A stretch of 55,911 bases of DNA, the filler included, from Sluysia triapertura (Eukaryota): assembly GCA_046118255.1 (NCBI GenBank). It is 4 parts of 4 records of this genome, joined end to end, with 100 filler letters (N's around TTAATTAATTAA, not from the genome) between each part and the next. Parts side by side here need not be neighbours in the genome. Positions count along the whole stretch, not along the records: positions 44,513 to 55,911 come from JBJNIA010185134.1; 3 more parts are not named here. The stretch is one strand, 5' to 3'. The position numbers and the translations under genes are program-made. How positions within the stretch are numbered: the first letter of the stretch is position 1; each line of letters opens with the position of its first letter. Shown here piece after piece: positions 51,349 through 55,911 of the stretch. Under the pieces are notes generated by a model. The model was not told the origin of the DNA and searched no databases. It saw only the letters and a program-made list of their open reading frames with translations.

Positions 51349-53279
51349 CTTCACATAATATAGGATGCAAATTTTCAAAATCAAATCTTCTATATAATTA
51401 AATTTTCTTAATAACACATCATTTGCAGGAATTCCTCGATTGTAGATATAATTTACCAAAGTCATATGAGAAATTTAACTTGTGAAATAAACTAATTGTT
51501 GTAAAATTCCAAATAACTGCTTTAAAATTCACATCATCTTTGTCTTGATTTAACAATTTAAAAAAAACAATAAATATTGATGTTAATGAATATTATATTA
51601 AAAATTTGTATAAATAACATCAAAGATAAAACATATCTCGAAAAATGTAAATTAAAATAGCATCGATAAAACAATATAAAGTATAAGACATAAATCCATA
51701 AATTATTGTAATTTAGTTATTCTAAGTATTTAAATGATATAATGCATAAATTTTAAATATCTTTAGTTTATTTAACTACATCCTCAAATAATTTGATGCA
51801 AAAAAATGTTAATTTTCACTTTCTTTAGACAATTTTGACAAAAAGACTTTTTCATATTTCTTAACTTTCATTTAAAATACATGTATCAATTGTTTTGAGT
51901 AATCCCGATCTTAATATTTCATTTTCATTAAGTAAATTAGGAAATTCCTTAGTGTACAAAGAAACCGGGATTTCACCATTTGAGTTATTTTAAATTTTAC
52001 ATATAGCGTCGTAGAATAGTTGCGGTGTAATGCCTTATTATTATGATTATTATTATTCAAACTTTAAAACATGGATCAACATAAGAAATAGATCAACGGA
52101 TAAAAACGTTCACTTAATTCAAATAGTTTCTTTACATATTGTACAATGTCACTCGAATTAAGCTTGAATTTTTGCGATGATATCTTAGTTACACGTACGT
52201 AATCCGATATAAATGAATAATTATTTTTCTGATAAATCAATAGTATAAAGACGAACAATATTATGATAGTTACAATATTGCAATATTACAGTTACCTTCA
52301 CATACTTTATGGGATAATAATTCATCAGTAAGAGCTGCTTCATGAAACATTAATTTACATAATACCAATAAGTTCTTAGCAGAATAAAATATTTCAAAAA
52401 TATGGATAAAACTATAAGACATAATACAATATATTATCTTATAATATATAATTATAATAATATTTAATATTATTATTATATATTATAATGCAATAAACTA
52501 TTATTTTTGTAATCATTAAATATATATAATGTTTAATATTGTCAGCGGTAATGTTATGATGATCAAATATTGATTGGAATGCTGAAACCGAATAAATTAC
52601 ATGTAAATGAATAATATATAATCCATATAGAATAGAATGAGTGTGAATGTATTATTAATAATTTAGTAATACCATTTTATTTTAATATCATTATTATTAT
52701 TAAAGTAAATATAAAATAGACAAAGTAAACACTTGAAATTTATTGATTAAATTAAAAAATCTAAAATTCCTATTAATTATATTTCTTTGCAATTGGTTCA
52801 ATTTATATATAGAATTTTGTAACAATAAAATTTGGCTTGATTAGAGTCTTTAACTTCACAAATGGATTGGTAAATAGATAGTAGATAATAATACTTCAAT
52901 AAGCATTTCCATTTTTAATATCAGAGACGAGAATTGAACTAAACATCCAAACTAAAATTTCAAGAGATATCAATTTTAAACAAATAGAAGAATGGCCCTA
53001 AATAATTAAAGAAAAAATTATTTGATCAGAACCTCCAAGATAAATTTGTACTAAGCCATTAAAGAAACATAAAAGAAAAATGTTAAACTAATACAAAGAA
53101 CTCATCAGCAAACGATGTAAAAATAAAAACACATAAATTTACAAAATCAGTTTGGTGTTGATGAACTGTATTTTGGTGATATGAATTTATTACTGCTTAC
53201 TCTTTATTATTTAAAATCAAAATAATGATTTTTAATTAAATGATCAATGATTTTGAATTAAAATATGTTGCAAAAGTAG

Positions 53280-53940
53280 ATTATAAATGATCTTATTGAG
53301 TTAAGGTTCAAAGGCCAACATTTGATTTTGTTGAAAGAATGTTTAAAAAAGGTCAGGATTAAGCTGGTATTTAAATGCGATAATATATGTATACAAAAAT
53401 TGATATTCTTCGAAGAAACCATTGATGAAAGCATACCCTTTAGTAAATCTGTGGTTATTATATCAAGAGTTAATAAAGTAATTAAACATTGTATTATAAG
53501 TAGTAGCTTGAAATATATTTGGAATAAATGCGTTCGTAAAATTTCTAGTCTCCATTATGCAATAATGTAATTCATTGTTGAAGTACGGAATAATGCACAC
53601 GAAATAAACACAGTTCATCGAAAGTGATTTTGTGTCACAAAAAGCGAAGTAGAACTCAATGATGAGACAAACTTCTTTCATGTTTGTTCGTAAAATGAAC
53701 ATGACAAATTTTCTTGAAATGAAAACAACTGGTGGAAACAAAGCAAATATTTGTGAATCTATATCCATCTTTAAATAATCAGCTCGTTATGGCAATTGAC
53801 ATTCTATGTCATGACGATTATAAACGTCTTTGTTAATGTTAGAAATAACTATACAGTATTCTTTAGGTTGATTTAAATTATTGGACATATTAACACTTAC
53901 TGTGATAGAATTAATGTATAATTTTTTATTATGGTCTAAT
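53280..53940 (-). pseudogene. Possible LRR-CT/TM/TIR (Toll-like receptor-like) remnant
   Basis: VNMSNNL..YC...IECQLP, a weakly hydrophobic stretch, then IIPYFNNELHYCIMETRNF..FIPNIFQA, CLITLLT and KCWPLNLNSIRSF across a stop and a frameshift. Confidence 0.28.
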
Positions 53941-54972
53941 TGTTCTTAATCGTGTTTAACATTAACGTTAAAATAAACTTGACATCTATCCATATTATAA
54001 CAGGTTGTAATTGGTTGTTTAGTGAGGGCTTATAATTTATTTTGCTATCAACAAACTTCATATGAATGAATTTTATGAATTGGAAAACAATTAACAAAAA
54101 CAATTTAATTATCGCATTGGGCTTAAGGCCTTTTAAAACAATGGAAAGTTTAACTAATAACAAGTTAACCAAACCCAAAATTTAGTTTATTTTTATAAAA
54201 TAAGAGCAGCACAACAAATTAGACACAAAATACAAATGCACGTACATATATACTTTCAGAGCTACGAAACGATTTCCTTTTTTATATTAATTTATCATTG
54301 TTCTTTCAAGTCTTATCCATTAATATTTCCACGATGTAACTCATTTTAGTTTTAGAATAAATATTTATAGATATTATAACAAAAATTAAATATATTCACT
54401 AGTTTCTATTTCACAATAACTTCACAACATAAAATTTTATATTATTAACTTAGCTGTTACCATTTAGATCAGTAAACATTAATTTATTAATTCATTGAGT
54501 CTTTGTGCTGTTAATTCATCACAACCACTGCGACTGATTTGTACGGGACTAGTAAATGTCATTGGTTTTGCTGTGATATTTTTTCTGAAGTTATTATTAG
54601 TAAAGTCTGAGCAGTGTTAGACGATTTAATATAAGGACCCATAGTGCTGGTCGCATTGATTCCTAAATCAGTATTACGTGCATTAGTCTGAAAAGCTTGT
54701 GCAGTCGGAGTCGAAGTTGAATTGGATGCATAAAAATAAGCACACATACATACAAAAAATAAACACACATTCAAATAAGAAGAGAATGAAAAAATAAAGT
54801 AATTGTGACCATAACAGTTGCTATAACAATAAGTAGTAAATTATAATACGGAATTATTATAACGGTTTATTATTATTATGATGTTGATATTGAAATAATT
54901 GGGGAAATCATTCTTATAATGTGAAAATTATAGTAATAATTATTATTGTGTAAATGATTATTATAACAATAA

Positions 54973-55380
54973 TGTAACATAATATTCAACTTTTATTTTT
55001 AATTTTCTCAATTATTTAATTTTTAAATTTTCAAATTAAATCTAAAATTTATTTAATTTAAAAATAAAATTATTTCAAAGTAAAATTAAAATCATTATCA
55101 TTAAGATTATAATGTTTTATATCAATTTAAAATGAGATTTAATAGAGTTAGTATAAATTTAAAATTTAATAGCAAATAATTAGTTTTAGATTAAAATAAA
55201 ATAATAATTTTAAAATGAGATTCTATAAAGACAATATAACATTGAATTTTAAGAACATAAAGATTATTCCAATATGAGTGTTAAAATTATATTAAATTGA
55301 GATTAAGTAAAACTAGTAACAATTAAAAATTAATAATTAAAGATTGAGAGAAAAATATTATATCAAATTTAAAAGCATTA
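54973..55380 (+). repeat. Dispersed repeat starting TGTAACATAATATTCA (copy 2)
   Basis: Colinear with 23706-24230. Confidence 0.8.
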
Positions 55381-55911
55381 TTTAACAGTATTTAACAGCT
55401 GATATAAACGTTGACACAGAATTTTGCACAGTATTTCACGGTATTTCATGCAGTATGAAATTTTATTGAATATTAGACTGCGATATTTTGGACATTACAA
55501 ATTATTATTAGCGGAATTCGTTCGATTATCCCGAACTCTATTGGAACAGTTCAAGAAATATTTAATATTTAATATATAGATCAAACATTGAACGTAACGG
55601 TAATTATATTTGCTTTTTGTTTAAAAAATTAAAATATTGTATTTCATTAACATTAAAATTTGTTATTTTATATTTTGTTATTAAGTGTTTAAATCATTGT
55701 TGAATAAAATTTCTTGTGAATTTAATGTCTTATTAATTAATTGTTAAGTAAAAAGAGAGCCCCAAACAAAGGATAAAACAAATAGAATAAAATAAAATAA
55801 AGTGAAACAAAATAATATTTATTCATGTAACATTCAAAGTCAAATTCGAGTATCCTCGCAAATAAAACAAAGTAAAATAAATAAAAAACGTACTTGCATT
55901 TCCATTCCCGG

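Overview
Very AT-rich eukaryotic (invertebrate-like, possibly planarian) DNA, not prokaryotic. It consists of four contigs (1-16665, 16766-28461, 28562-44412, 44513-55911) joined by artificial 100-nt N44-TTAATTAATTAA-N44 spacers, so adjacency across spacers is unproven. Most of it is decayed transposable elements: a Ty3/gypsy pol remnant, several hAT elements, a rosa-like Tc1/mariner, a piggyBac-type MITE and an L2-type LINE 3' end. Two isolated host exons are recognisable (SGSM3-like, DNAJC1-like). The most striking signal is a family of very large LTR-like units. They start TGTRGTGGCCAAC (3 copies) and end ...ACA (5 copies). About 50-60 nt inside the CA end lies a GC-rich hairpin with compensatory base changes, a palindromic ACCGGT apex and an embedded GGTAAGT splice donor. 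The most complete unit (35896-43957) appears built from repeated promoter-ORF modules and carries two diverged ORFs sharing an atypical C-x9-C-x6-C-x3-H zinc finger. Nearby decayed, possibly cargo, ORFs resemble BIR, REEP5 and TIR domains. The gypsy remnant next to one LTR end has a retropepsin-like domain downstream of integrase. All homology calls are by eye from remembered family motifs; no database search was run.
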